In this document: piece after piece, positions 50,881 through 60,118 of the stretch | Layout of the letters: every line of letters starts with the position of its first letter | Position numbering within the stretch: the first letter of the stretch is position 1 | Assembly (NCBI GenBank): GCA_041395005.1 | Contig: JAWKHE010000003.1 | Location: 104,727-168,726 of the forward strand | Length of the DNA stretch: 64,000 nucleotides | Direction of reading: 5' to 3' | Source: Methanolobus sp. | Lineage (GTDB): Archaea; Halobacteriota; Methanosarcinia; Methanosarcinales; Methanosarcinaceae | Program-made: the position numbers and the translations under genes | The notes under the pieces: model-generated | What the model was told of the DNA's origin: nothing | Database searches by the model: none | The model's input: only the letters and a program-made list of their open reading frames with translations

Positions 50881-52430
50881 CTGTCAGAACACTATCCCGA
50901 TAAAATAGACCTACCAAGGCATATTTATGATAATGTCCATGGTTTTATTGGAATCACCGAGCTAGAATGCAAGGTCATTGATTCCCCTTTTTTCAAAGAT
51001 TACGTCGAATAAGACAGTTAAGTTTGGTAGATTACGTTTTTCCAGGTGCGTTGCATAATCGATTTAATCATTCATTGGGTGTAATGCACATTGCCGACAA
51101 ATGTAGTAGTGCATCTACAAGAAAAAGGATATTTGGAAGGTGACCGTGAACCCTAAGAATGACAGGTTTGTTGCATGACATTAGCACTATCCTTTATCTC
51201 ATCTTGTAGAAAAAGTTGTTCAGAGCCATGCTAAATCCAATATCAAAACTGAATATATGTTGGTAGAATCGCAAGATGATGCAAGTGAAGATGAAGATGT
51301 CTTTTCTGATGATGGTAATAAAGTAGACCTCAGAAGCAGTAAAACACATTGTTTAAATCATGAATGGCATGATAGTAGAAATTCTAAACTTGATTTATGC
51401 TCATCATGAAAGGATGCATAGTATTGTGATTAAGAATAGTCCAATATACATGATATTTTAGTAAATGAAGGGGATTTTGATGATGAACAAATTAAAACAA
51501 TGTGCCAGATTATTGATCCCATCCCGATAAAAGCGAAAATCCTCGATCACTAATTATTATCCAGAACTCGATGCTGATAGATCTGACCATTTTCTTTCGT
51601 GATACAGGACAAACAGGGACTTAAGATTATTTTGATAAAGAATCAAATAATAAGGAACCTGGATTATGTTGAGGATGGTGGAGAAGATAGTGGAAAACTG
51701 TCGTTAAACAGAAAGCACTCAAGGCGGTAGAACATTATTTAATGAAAGCAGATACTTTTTTTACAGCACGGTTGTTTTCCACAAAGCTACAGTGGGCTTT
51801 GAAATTATGGCCAAAAAAATATATGAAGGTCTAATGGAAAGGAATATGTGTCTGTCATATTTTGATTTAGTTAAAATATTTGATGACCCAGACACTGTAC
51901 ATCAATATTTAGACTATGATGATTCTTATTTTTTTAACAAACTTAAAGACATCAAGTCTGGAAAAATAGAACTGACTGGAGAAGATGACTAGCACACAAA
52001 TAGTTTCGGAACTTATGATAAAATATTAAATCGTGAGCCACAAAACTTGCTTTCGAAGAGAAGAAACTGGTTCAACAAGAAAAGCTCATCAAGGAAAACC
52101 CGAATTCTTATCTAAATTTTTTAAAGAACGATTGCTAAATCCACCCAACTCAATCGAAGATAACTGGTATATTCCATTTGAGGTCAGCGTAGCTCCAACA
52201 AATATCAGTCCTCATATAGGTTTGATATTCTAAATATACTTTGGTGTGCTATGATGAAACAATTAGAATCTTATAAAGTTATGGTACCAGTGTGAACCCC
52301 TAACAAATTTTTTAGTTAAGGATCAATCATCAATCATGTCTGTACTGGGAGATTATGAATTCCAAGTCAACCGAATTTATACAAAACCAAGAGTACAAAG
52401 ACATAATGAACTCAGTGTACAACTCATAAT
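50880..52430 (+). CDS. HD-domain dNTP triphosphohydrolase-like (SAMHD1/YwfO family), frameshifted; ends approximate
   Basis: [51 protein letters not shown]. Confidence 0.85.
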
Positions 52431-52852
52431 TCTAAGTACTTTGTGCGACTCAAATGACTAACTACATGAAAAATAAAAAGATGTGTGCAATCATTATGTA
52501 AAAATTATGCTAATCAATTAATCAATCCTTGTGGGTTTAATAAATCAATGTTCTAAATGTGACCCGTTCACTATTATGATTAATCAAGGCTGGTACGTAC
52601 CAAATATCTATAATGCAAAAAAACGTAGCAACAAAAAAACAAGGACTATTCAAAATATTTCCGTAGTCTCGGCCGGACAAAAAATAACAAAAAGCAAGAC
52701 CAGAACCAAAACGTACCATCTGACATTCCGCACGTACCAATCAATAATTGACTAAAAACCTGCGGAATATGAGCTATCTTATTACGCTGCTTAGATTGTA
52801 ATTTACAAAGCACTAGTTACATGTGGAAATGCTGAGAGAACATCAATCATAT

Positions 52853-53202
52853 TCACGGTGACCTTGCTTCCACATAATACAAATGCTGCCTGTCCGGACA
52901 GTACATATCCAGCTCATTCTTCATCCTCTGGATAAGATCACAGCAGTACTTTGATGCAACACCATAGTACTTCTTGAGCAATTTGCAGAATTCATCTACG
53001 GTGATACCATGATACATGAAGTCTTTTAGCTCATATACTATACACCTTGCAAGCTCTTCCTCAGATATTGTATCATTGATCTCGACGTCTTTGATTATTT
53101 GGCGCTCACGATAGTTTTCTCCATCAAACAGTATCTTTTTTAACACGGAAACGCGTCTGGGCAGCAAGTTCGGTTTCCATACGGACAATTGCTTACATAC
53201 AT
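52853..53202 (-). CDS. Hypothetical protein
   Basis: 111-aa ORF with GGAG RBS upstream of an ATG at 53202 (one indel). Confidence 0.55.
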
Positions 53203-53279
53203 TTTTCTCCCACCAATGAAAGCAGCATTTTAGATTTCAACACGATAGAGCTGAGCTAATCTGAGCGAAAGCATTTATG

Positions 53280-53492
53280 CTAGTCAATGCGGCTAGCAAT
53301 CTGAATATCACCGCCTACTAGTTTCTCGTATTTCTGAATCACCTTGGTGCTTGTGGTAACCATGAAGTTTTGTTCACTTCGATAGATTTCCATATCGCCG
53401 TTAAGATTGGTGACCCATGTCTTAAGCAAATTAAAGAGTTCATCTTCGGTGATCTCAACTTTGATGAATGTGTATTTTCGCACTTTGAACAT
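53280..53492 (-). CDS. Hypothetical protein
   Basis: 70-aa ORF with protein-like composition. Confidence 0.45.
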   Translation of the reverse strand: MFKVRKYTFIKVEITEDELFNLLKTWVTNLNGDMEIYRSEQNFMVTTSTKVIQKYEKLVGGDIQIASRID

Positions 53493-53719
53493 TTGGTCTG
53501 AATATTGAGATATATGGTTATGTTGTCACCCCGGTATCATTTGTACAATACGCATGTTAGAGACAACATATATAGAGGGACCAAGGGCAGTGAAAGTAAT
53601 AATTATTCAGGAATTTCATCCGTGGTGTATTTCAGTAGCGATTACAACGGGTTTTTTTTGTTTTTTCTTATCAGGCCCATTTGGTGCATTCTTTTTTACT
53701 TCATCTGTGGAAGTGAATT

Positions 53720-53971
53720 TCAATGATCACGGACTTGATCAGGGTCCTTGCCTTCGGATGTCTGGAAATACGATGCATCTACTACAGAAGCACTGCTCTC
53801 AAGCTTTCGGGATTTTATCTCGTCATATCTGCTTATGAATTCAGAGAGGGCTTGTGATACGACATCAGATATGCTTGAAAAGTCTTCTGTCTGTACCATT
53901 TCTTCAATTCGTTTTTTGATCCATGGGGATACTGTGGAATTGAGCTGTGCTTTGTTCTTGGTTGTTACCAT
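53720..53971 (-). CDS. Ribbon-helix-helix (CopG/Arc) regulator, probable repressor; C-terminus may extend by frameshift
   Basis: AQLNSTVSPWIKKRIEEMV..FSSISDVVSQALSEF; divergent from the virus-like operon. Confidence 0.8.
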   Translation of the reverse strand: MVTTKNKAQLNSTVSPWIKKRIEEMVQTEDFSSISDVVSQALSEFISRYDEIKSRKLESSASVVDASYFQTSEGKDPDQVRDH

Positions 53972-53973
53972 AC

Positions 53974-54056
53974 TATAGTATTGTAGTAACGCTACTTATA
54001 CATAACTTCATATCCCTATAGTAATATGAAAGCATCGTAATAGGGATGTGAAGTTA
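53974..54056. promoter_or_regulatory. Divergent promoter/operator region
   Basis: 17-bp inverted repeat 54003-54019/54040-54056 (1 mismatch); CTATAGTA twice; minus-strand TATA-like TTATGTATAA about 25 nt before the RHH ATG. Confidence 0.6.
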
Positions 54057-54203
54057 ATGATGATAACAGTGAATGTTGTTCCGGAGGAATTATCAATCCT
54101 TAATGCCTTCGGAAGATCGAATCACTCGGCATACGGCCGGGGGAAAGTATTCCTGGTCTATGGTATTTGATGACGGTAGAACTGAATTGACGAAGGTGAA
54201 TGA

Positions 54204-54314
54204 ATGAAGAACAAAAAGAACAAGATCGTGGAAAATCCGTACCTTATAGAACAGTGGGAGAATGGTAGCCAGCAGCTTGTACGGGCTGCCAAAATAGGCT
54301 TGAAGGAGTGTTGA
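54204..54314 (+). CDS. 36-aa small protein
   Basis: AGGTGA RBS; MKNKKNKIVENPYLIEQWENGSQQLVRAAKIGLKEC. Confidence 0.45.
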   Translation: MKNKKNKIVENPYLIEQWENGSQQLVRAAKIGLKEC

Positions 54315-54451
54315 CCAATGCCATCTGACTTTGCACGCGAGAAGGCATTGCCGTCTACAACCATGCACCTAAACAATGGGATGAGTTGGCGTAAATCCCT
54401 GGTGCTATGGGGAGAATTGGCGTTGAGCGTTAAATTCCTTGCGGGGCTTGT

Positions 54452-54564
54452 GCATGGGCCGGTCTAAAAGCGGAGGCGGCGCTGGCCGGCCGGTGGGATC
54501 CAATAAAGGACCGTAACTGGCTCAGCGAAGGTCACCAGGAACGTAGGTTCAACCATGCTATGGA
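54452..54564 (+). ncRNA. Structured RNA with a tRNA-like 3' domain
   Basis: Several GC/GU-rich stems; TGGCTCAG and GGTTCAA tRNA-box-like motifs. Confidence 0.35.
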
Positions 54565-54757
54565 CTGTAAGCTGACGTTAGGTCAGATCACAAACTGCCC
54601 CATATGTAATAATCAAACTGCAAAGTGCATTGATGCAGGCGTCACAAAAGGCATGGGAGCAAGATCCTGGTGGAAATGTGAATGGGCCACCAGTTTATCA
54701 AATCGATCTCTCCTGAGAGGATGGCTGAATACTATTCGGAGGATCTTGAAAAGATGA
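54560..54757 (+). CDS. Small Zn-ribbon protein
   Basis: CPIC ... WWKC. Confidence 0.5.
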   Translation: MDCKLTLGQITNCPICNNQTAKCIDAGVTKGMGARSWWKCEWATSLSNRSLLRGWLNTIRRILKR

Positions 54758-54778
54758 TCGAGTCCAGGAGAGAAAAGC

Positions 54779-55039
54779 ATGACCATCGATAACATGCCAG
54801 TCGCACGGACAAGAATCGTCGCCGAGTGCATATGCGACCATTGTGGTCATATTTTCGATGTTGACTGGCAGTGTAAGAACCGACCTGTCTACTGCCTGGA
54901 ATGTAATGAGGAGGTCAGACCATATAAGGTCACCTCACACTCCGGGACAGATATCTGGTCTTTCGGGTTCGAGTCCCGGACTGGAGCTTCGCCCGCAATA
55001 ATAGCTGCAGGCTTCTTCTATACAACAGAAAGGAAGTGA
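54779..55039 (+). CDS. Small Zn-finger protein
   Basis: AGGAG RBS; CDHC ... CLEC. Confidence 0.6.
   Translation: MTIDNMPVARTRIVAECICDHCGHIFDVDWQCKNRPVYCLECNEEVRPYKVTSHSGTDIWSFGFESRTGASPAIIAAGFFYTTERK
54939..54988 (+). ncRNA. Mini tRNA-like element (acceptor stem + one hairpin + T arm)
   Basis: CTCCGG/CTGGAG stem, GACAGATATCTGGTC hairpin, TCGGG-TTCGAGT-CCCGG canonical T arm. Confidence 0.5.
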
Positions 55040-55043
55040 GATC

Positions 55044-55347
55044 AATGACAGAAGAAGTTGAAGTGTACATCGATTTCGACCGAGTGCCAAACGGCATAGG
55101 TCGCATGAAGGACGACCCCCTCAAACACATCGATAACGCGGACGTTGCCAGGATCCAGCAGTGGATACGGACCAAAGTCTCCGGAAATAACGAGGTATTC
55201 GCGGTCATAACCGGTAAAGCATCCCGATTTGTGAACATGGTGGCAACTGCGGAGTTGGCATCATGCAAGAACGTCACCCGGATAGGATGGTCCCAGGCCG
55301 GGATGATACCCATCGTTGTGAAGGACCTGAGGAAGGGGGCGAACTGA
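55044..55347 (+). CDS. Hypothetical protein
   Basis: ORF coupled to the next gene (TGATG). Confidence 0.6.
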
Positions 55348-55574
55348 TGGAGCAGACCCAGACCATAACCTATGCCGAGCCCATCGAGATCTCTACGAAA
55401 GTCGGTGCAGATGTTGATTCTAAGGGTAATGTGAAACCCCATGCTGAGATCACCATCAAAAGGAAGCTGGAATCGGATTGTGATGTTTTTGCGATCATTT
55501 CCGATGATGTACACGAATGTATGGACAAGGTGCAACAAACAGTGTACGAGATGTTGGCCGGAGATGGGGTGTGA
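55347..55574 (+). CDS. Hypothetical protein
   Basis: MEQTQTITYAEP..., start overlaps the previous stop. Confidence 0.6.
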   Translation: MEQTQTITYAEPIEISTKVGADVDSKGNVKPHAEITIKRKLESDCDVFAIISDDVHECMDKVQQTVYEMLAGDGV

Positions 55575-55576
55575 GC

Positions 55577-56581
55577 ATGGAAGTGAAACTCGACAAGGAC
55601 AAGCTTGTACCTATCCTTGAGATGATGGGATACAACACAATCAACGGCACTGATGTCTGGAAAATGGCCAGTGAGAACCAGGACGAGTTCGTATTCTGGG
55701 GAGTGGACTTCAAGAAGAATGAGATTTTCAAATGGGTAGAGGACCACCGGGAATACGATGTGCCTAATGACCCTGTTTTCATGGAACTCAAGATGCTTGT
55801 GGAAAACTCAGTAGAACCGGGTGGTGAACCCAACGCAGACGAACCTATCGCCGACCAAAGCAGAGAGGATTGTCAGGAAGGATCCACCAATGAAAAGAAC
55901 GCACCCCGGTCTTATGAAAATAGCGATACATCAGATCAAAAACCATCACAGATACTGGACCTTATCCACGGATATGTAGGGAACGATGTCCTTGAGGTAT
56001 TTGGGGACACAGGTAGTGGAAAATCAAAATTCGCTCTGACCGTTGCAAAGGAGGCAATTACCTCCGGGAAGAAGGTATTCTATCTCGACACCGAGAGGAA
56101 TCTGACGGAAGCGGACATTGCTGGCCTGAAAGGCTGTGAGTACAAGTACACCCCTGTTATCGAGGAGATCGACACAATATGTCAGAAGCTTCCTGCAGTC
56201 GACGTGGTTATCGTGGATTCCATCGGTTTTCCTATCCTGACATCATATGCAAGGCTCAGTGTCAAGCAGAAAGGTGATGCCCTGCTAAAGCTTATCGCCA
56301 TATTCGGGGACCTGAAGAACTGGGCCTATAAGAACAACGGAATAGTGGTCGTCACGAACCAACCCGAGTCAGAGTTCAACAAAGCTCCGAACCACGTACT
56401 CAGACCCTTTGGAGACAAGAGCCAATTCGCAGCCAAGGAGATCTGGAAAACGGAGATAGTGGACCGCAAACCTGCTTACACCAATATCCGCATCAGTGCC
56501 TTCCGCAGCAGAAGCGTTGGCCACAGGACCAAGATAACGAACATGAAGATCAGTAGCAATGGCGTGGAGCTGAAAGCATGA
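55577..56581 (+). CDS. RecA/RadB-fold ATPase (viral recombinase-like) with an acidic N-terminal domain
   Basis: EVFGDTGSGKS, YLDTE, VVIVDS, VVVTNQ. Confidence 0.85.
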   Translation: MEVKLDKDKLVPILEMMGYNTINGTDVWKMASENQDEFVFWGVDFKKNEIFKWVEDHREYDVPNDPVFMELKMLVENSVEPGGEPNADEPIADQSREDCQEGSTNEKNAPRSYENSDTSDQKPSQILDLIHGYVGNDVLEVFGDTGSGKSKFALTVAKEAITSGKKVFYLDTERNLTEADIAGLKGCEYKYTPVIEEIDTICQKLPAVDVVIVDSIGFPILTSYARLSVKQKGDALLKLIAIFGDLKNWAYKNNGIVVVTNQPESEFNKAPNHVLRPFGDKSQFAAKEIWKTEIVDRKPAYTNIRISAFRSRSVGHRTKITNMKISSNGVELKA

Positions 56582-56970
56582 TCCTGTTAGGTACTGATCA
56601 GATAGAAGATGTTGCACTTGATAAACTGAAAACAGGATGGGCGGTGTTGTACGGCCATCCGGATGTTTTCAGATTCGTGGAATACAGTTTGTACAAACCA
56701 GGAACAAATGCAAATGCTGGATTTGAGTTACTTGGATTCCTGCCAGCTGTCGCCTTCTGCAAGAAGACTCCCAGGTTCAGGAAGATGTTCAAAGAAACCG
56801 ACGACAGGACGGTTACGGTCCTTCAAGCGTTCAAGGTTGACAACAGTGAAGGTTTTGCATTCCATATCCTTGAAGCACCGAAGGATAGTGACAATGAAGC
56901 CCGCTACAATAAGGTAGCACAGGCAGTTAGAAATTATCTCGTGAACGGTGAGTTTGTTCCCCACCGGTGA
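56578..56970 (+). CDS. Hypothetical protein
   Basis: 130-aa ORF, ATGA overlap with the ATPase. Confidence 0.7.
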   Translation: MILLGTDQIEDVALDKLKTGWAVLYGHPDVFRFVEYSLYKPGTNANAGFELLGFLPAVAFCKKTPRFRKMFKETDDRTVTVLQAFKVDNSEGFAFHILEAPKDSDNEARYNKVAQAVRNYLVNGEFVPHR

Positions 56971-57012
56971 GGTGATATCAATAAAACGTAAACGATCGCA
57001 AGGGGGCAGAAC

Positions 57013-59914
57013 ATGATGTCAAGCACCACCCGGACATCACCGTTCCAGACCCCTCTTGTCGTTCCCCGCACAAATCAGGACAAGCGCATCGCAACAGCAT
57101 ACAATCTGCTGAACGCATATCCAGGAAGGATCGTATCTGGTGCATAAGACCACTCGTGCCGGTTGTACGACAGCGTTGGTAGCCGAATCTCTGAATCGGG
57201 AGGAACGTTTTCTAGTCGTTGTCCCGACTAATAAGATTGCCGATAAGACCGTCACAGAGGATTCCATCAAATACTCTGACCGGGATACATGCAATGTTAT
57301 TCGGATACCCTCCAACCACGCCTGTCTGAAGAACCAGGAGCTCTGCGAGCAATATCCGGATCTTAACAAGTTACCGATCCTGCCTGTTGCTGAGAGTTGT
57401 CCGGAATGCGAGAACTACTACTCCTGTCCTGTTACTCAGATACTCCACGAGCACATGTCCTGCGATGGTATCGCACTAACATATCAGAAGCTTGTGGCCC
57501 TGATGATGGCATCCAGCAGCAGGCCAAATACCACAGCTGAGCAGGTACTGCGGAACATATCCCGTATTCACAACGCTGTTTTCGATGAGATCCATGAGAT
57601 CCAGTACGGAAGGTCCACGGGTATGACCATCTACAACGATGCCAGAAAGGAAGGAAAATGGCTGGACACTGCGAGGTATCTTCCACTCATGGAGGACTTC
57701 GAGCATATCCGCAAGACGGTCGTTGCCTTTGGTATGCTGATGGGAGAGGCAGATGTTCAGAATGCTGTGATGCAGACGTACAATAATGCAGCGGATGACA
57801 ACTATTACCGGCACAAGCTGAGCAAGACCCTGAAGAACTGCTATTGTGACATGGGAGGCGAGAACAGCACAAAGTTCATCATGGCAGTGTATAGCGATAT
57901 CATCAAGCTTACCATCACCAGGAAAGATTATGATCTGTCCATGCTCGACGTGCTTGACCTGTACAAGGTAATGAACATCGTCATGAGCGAACAGGTAGTG
58001 ATACATGGAATACGTGACCGGGGAGCCATCAAGATAATGATGGTTGCAGTGGACCGGCTGTTCACTGACATGCTCAGGTCCTTTATCATGAGCATCCAGA
58101 ACAAAGCCAAACGCACACTGTTAACGTCGGCCACCATCTGCAGTCATGATTATGACCAGTATTTCATGGGTAAGACAAGTCCACATGACATCACCTTCGG
58201 AACGGGTGGGGACCCCATGGAAACCAACTCGACGATGCTTATACTTGCGGATTCGAAGAAGTATGGGTCTATCGGCAGGAACTCCCGGTACAACAAGAAA
58301 CACGAGATATTGGACAGGATAAGCACCCTGCTTGCTCTGTACGGGGACGACGACTGCACCATCATTACACTGAGCATAGCTGAGGCTATGGAGCTTAAGA
58401 AAGAGCTGGAGGCTTTCGGACATCCACACGAGGTGACCTATTACAAGGCTCCTGAAATGATGGGTGTTTCATCCGATGCCAGGGTAATGATCGCTGTAGG
58501 TGTGGCTGATAAGCCGAGCAATTCCTTTGATGCGATATGCAAAACAAAGGAAGAGTCCCTCATCCTGCGAGAGGAGGCCATGCACTGTGATACCTGGCAG
58601 GCGTGGTCCCGGGTCAAAGATCCTGCAGGCAAGGTTCCGAGTCTGGTGTTCGCCCTTGGCTGCAGTGCTGAACAATGTGCGAACGTTGTCACATGGGGGT
58701 TTGGAAGAACGGTTGAGATAAGACCTGGTAAGAACGGACAAAAGAAAAAGGTCAAGGTAGTGGCAGACAGAAATGCGATAACATTTCCAAAGATCATATT
58801 GTGTAGGAGCTTTGAGAAAATGCTGGAAACAGCAAAAAGACACAAACCTTTTAAAAAATCTTCTGTAACCTTAAAATTGAATTCAGAATCTTGCCAAAAA
58901 GCCCCTATTAATTATATTATAGGGGGTTTATGGCAAAAAGTTGGACTGGTTTTAGACTGTTCGAAGTCCGAGTTGATAAAGAACCATCTTATCAACCGCT
59001 TCGATACCTTTGCAGAACAGAATGTTAACGGAACACAATACTTCCGGGTCGCTGTTCCAATAACTGACAAGATCATCGAGAATCATATTGCAGGCAAGAT
59101 CACCATCGGTGCTTATTCCACAAGCAAGGAAGGAACTTGTAAGTGGATATGTTTCGATGTTGATGCCCACAGGAAAAAGGATGATACAGAAGAGGACGTA
59201 ATTCAAAAGGAGATAAAGGCCGAGGACGACCTGCAGAACCTGACATCCTTTCTGGACCGTATGCAGCTAAAATACCTGGTAGAATCGTCTGGTTCTCCTC
59301 ATTCGTACCATGTGTGGTTGTTCATAAAAGAGGTGGAGGTTGAGAAGGCCTACTACTTTGCCAATGCAATTGCCAAGGAGGCAGGTTTCGATGGCGAGGT
59401 GAATCCCAAACAAAGGACCTGGAACAAAAATAATCAGTATGGCAATCTTGTGAAGTTGCCTTTTGCATTACACAGAAAACACAACGTATTCTCCTCTATT
59501 CATGGGTGGGAAGGTGAGACCATGGACATTGCTGTCTATGATATTTCAGATATTGAGATCCCAAAGACACGAAAGAACAGAAGCAGGTCAGTGAAACCTG
59601 TTAACGTAAAGCTCAACGGAGTAAGGCCATGCATCCTGGCAGCACTTGAAAAGGACCTGTCCGGTGATCAGGGCAATAAGATGCGAGTGGCCATAGTTCG
59701 GGAGTTCTACAATTTTGGCATGACAGACAGGGAACAGCTCATCGATCTGTTCAAAGGTCAAGCAGATTTCGATCATGGAAAAACAGAGTATCACGTCACC
59801 AAGATTATCGAAAGAGAGTTCAATGTCTGGCCCAGGGAGACCTTGCTTGAAAGATGTTCTAAGTACATGACCTGTGAGAACTGTGATAGGTTCGATTGTA
59901 AGGAGGCACAATGA
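57013..59914 (+). CDS. SF2-helicase-like (Cys cluster) + AEP primase + Cys-rich C-terminal domain fusion; likely start 57013 with one frameshift before 57140
   Basis: KTTRAGCTT, LVVVPTN, VFDEIHE, LTSAT, QAWSRV; primase WICFDVD, ESSG..SYHVW, GNLVKLPF; C-terminal RPC...C..C..C. Confidence 0.8.
58891..58936. repeat. Imperfect AT-centred palindrome, candidate replication origin
   Basis: TTGCCAAAAAGCCCCTAT-TAATTATATT-ATAGGGGGTTTATGGCAA. Confidence 0.6.
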
Positions 59915-60087
59915 AATTCACTCCAGTATCCCGTTTATGCATCAACTGCAAAGGGAGGATCTTCATCACAGAACCGGTTGATGAGGTCACCTGCCCCAAA
60001 TGTGGTGAGGTTATGAAAGTGGTCATGGGAAAGAAGATCAAGCTGTCCAGGATACCTGTGGCAGAAAAAACAGGCAAAAAAAGATAG
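59911..60087 (+). CDS. 58-aa Zn-ribbon protein
   Basis: GGAGG RBS, ATGA overlap; CINC ... CPKCG. Confidence 0.7.
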   Translation: MKFTPVSRLCINCKGRIFITEPVDEVTCPKCGEVMKVVMGKKIKLSRIPVAEKTGKKR

Positions 60088-60118
60088 ATATTTCTAACAT
60101 TCAAAAAAGGTACGAAAA

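Noticed and set aside
51985-52030. In-frame TAG in the HD gene as pyrrolysine readthrough
   Set aside because: It lies in an indel-dense stretch, and compensating frameshifts explain it more simply.
1540-52430. Mass pseudogenisation or programmed frameshifting
   Set aside because: Breaks are numerous, often at homopolymers, and hit housekeeping genes; this fits long-read indel error.
52531-52755. Overlapping 74-aa and 67-aa ORFs on opposite strands
   Set aside because: No RBS or motif; strand cannot be decided.
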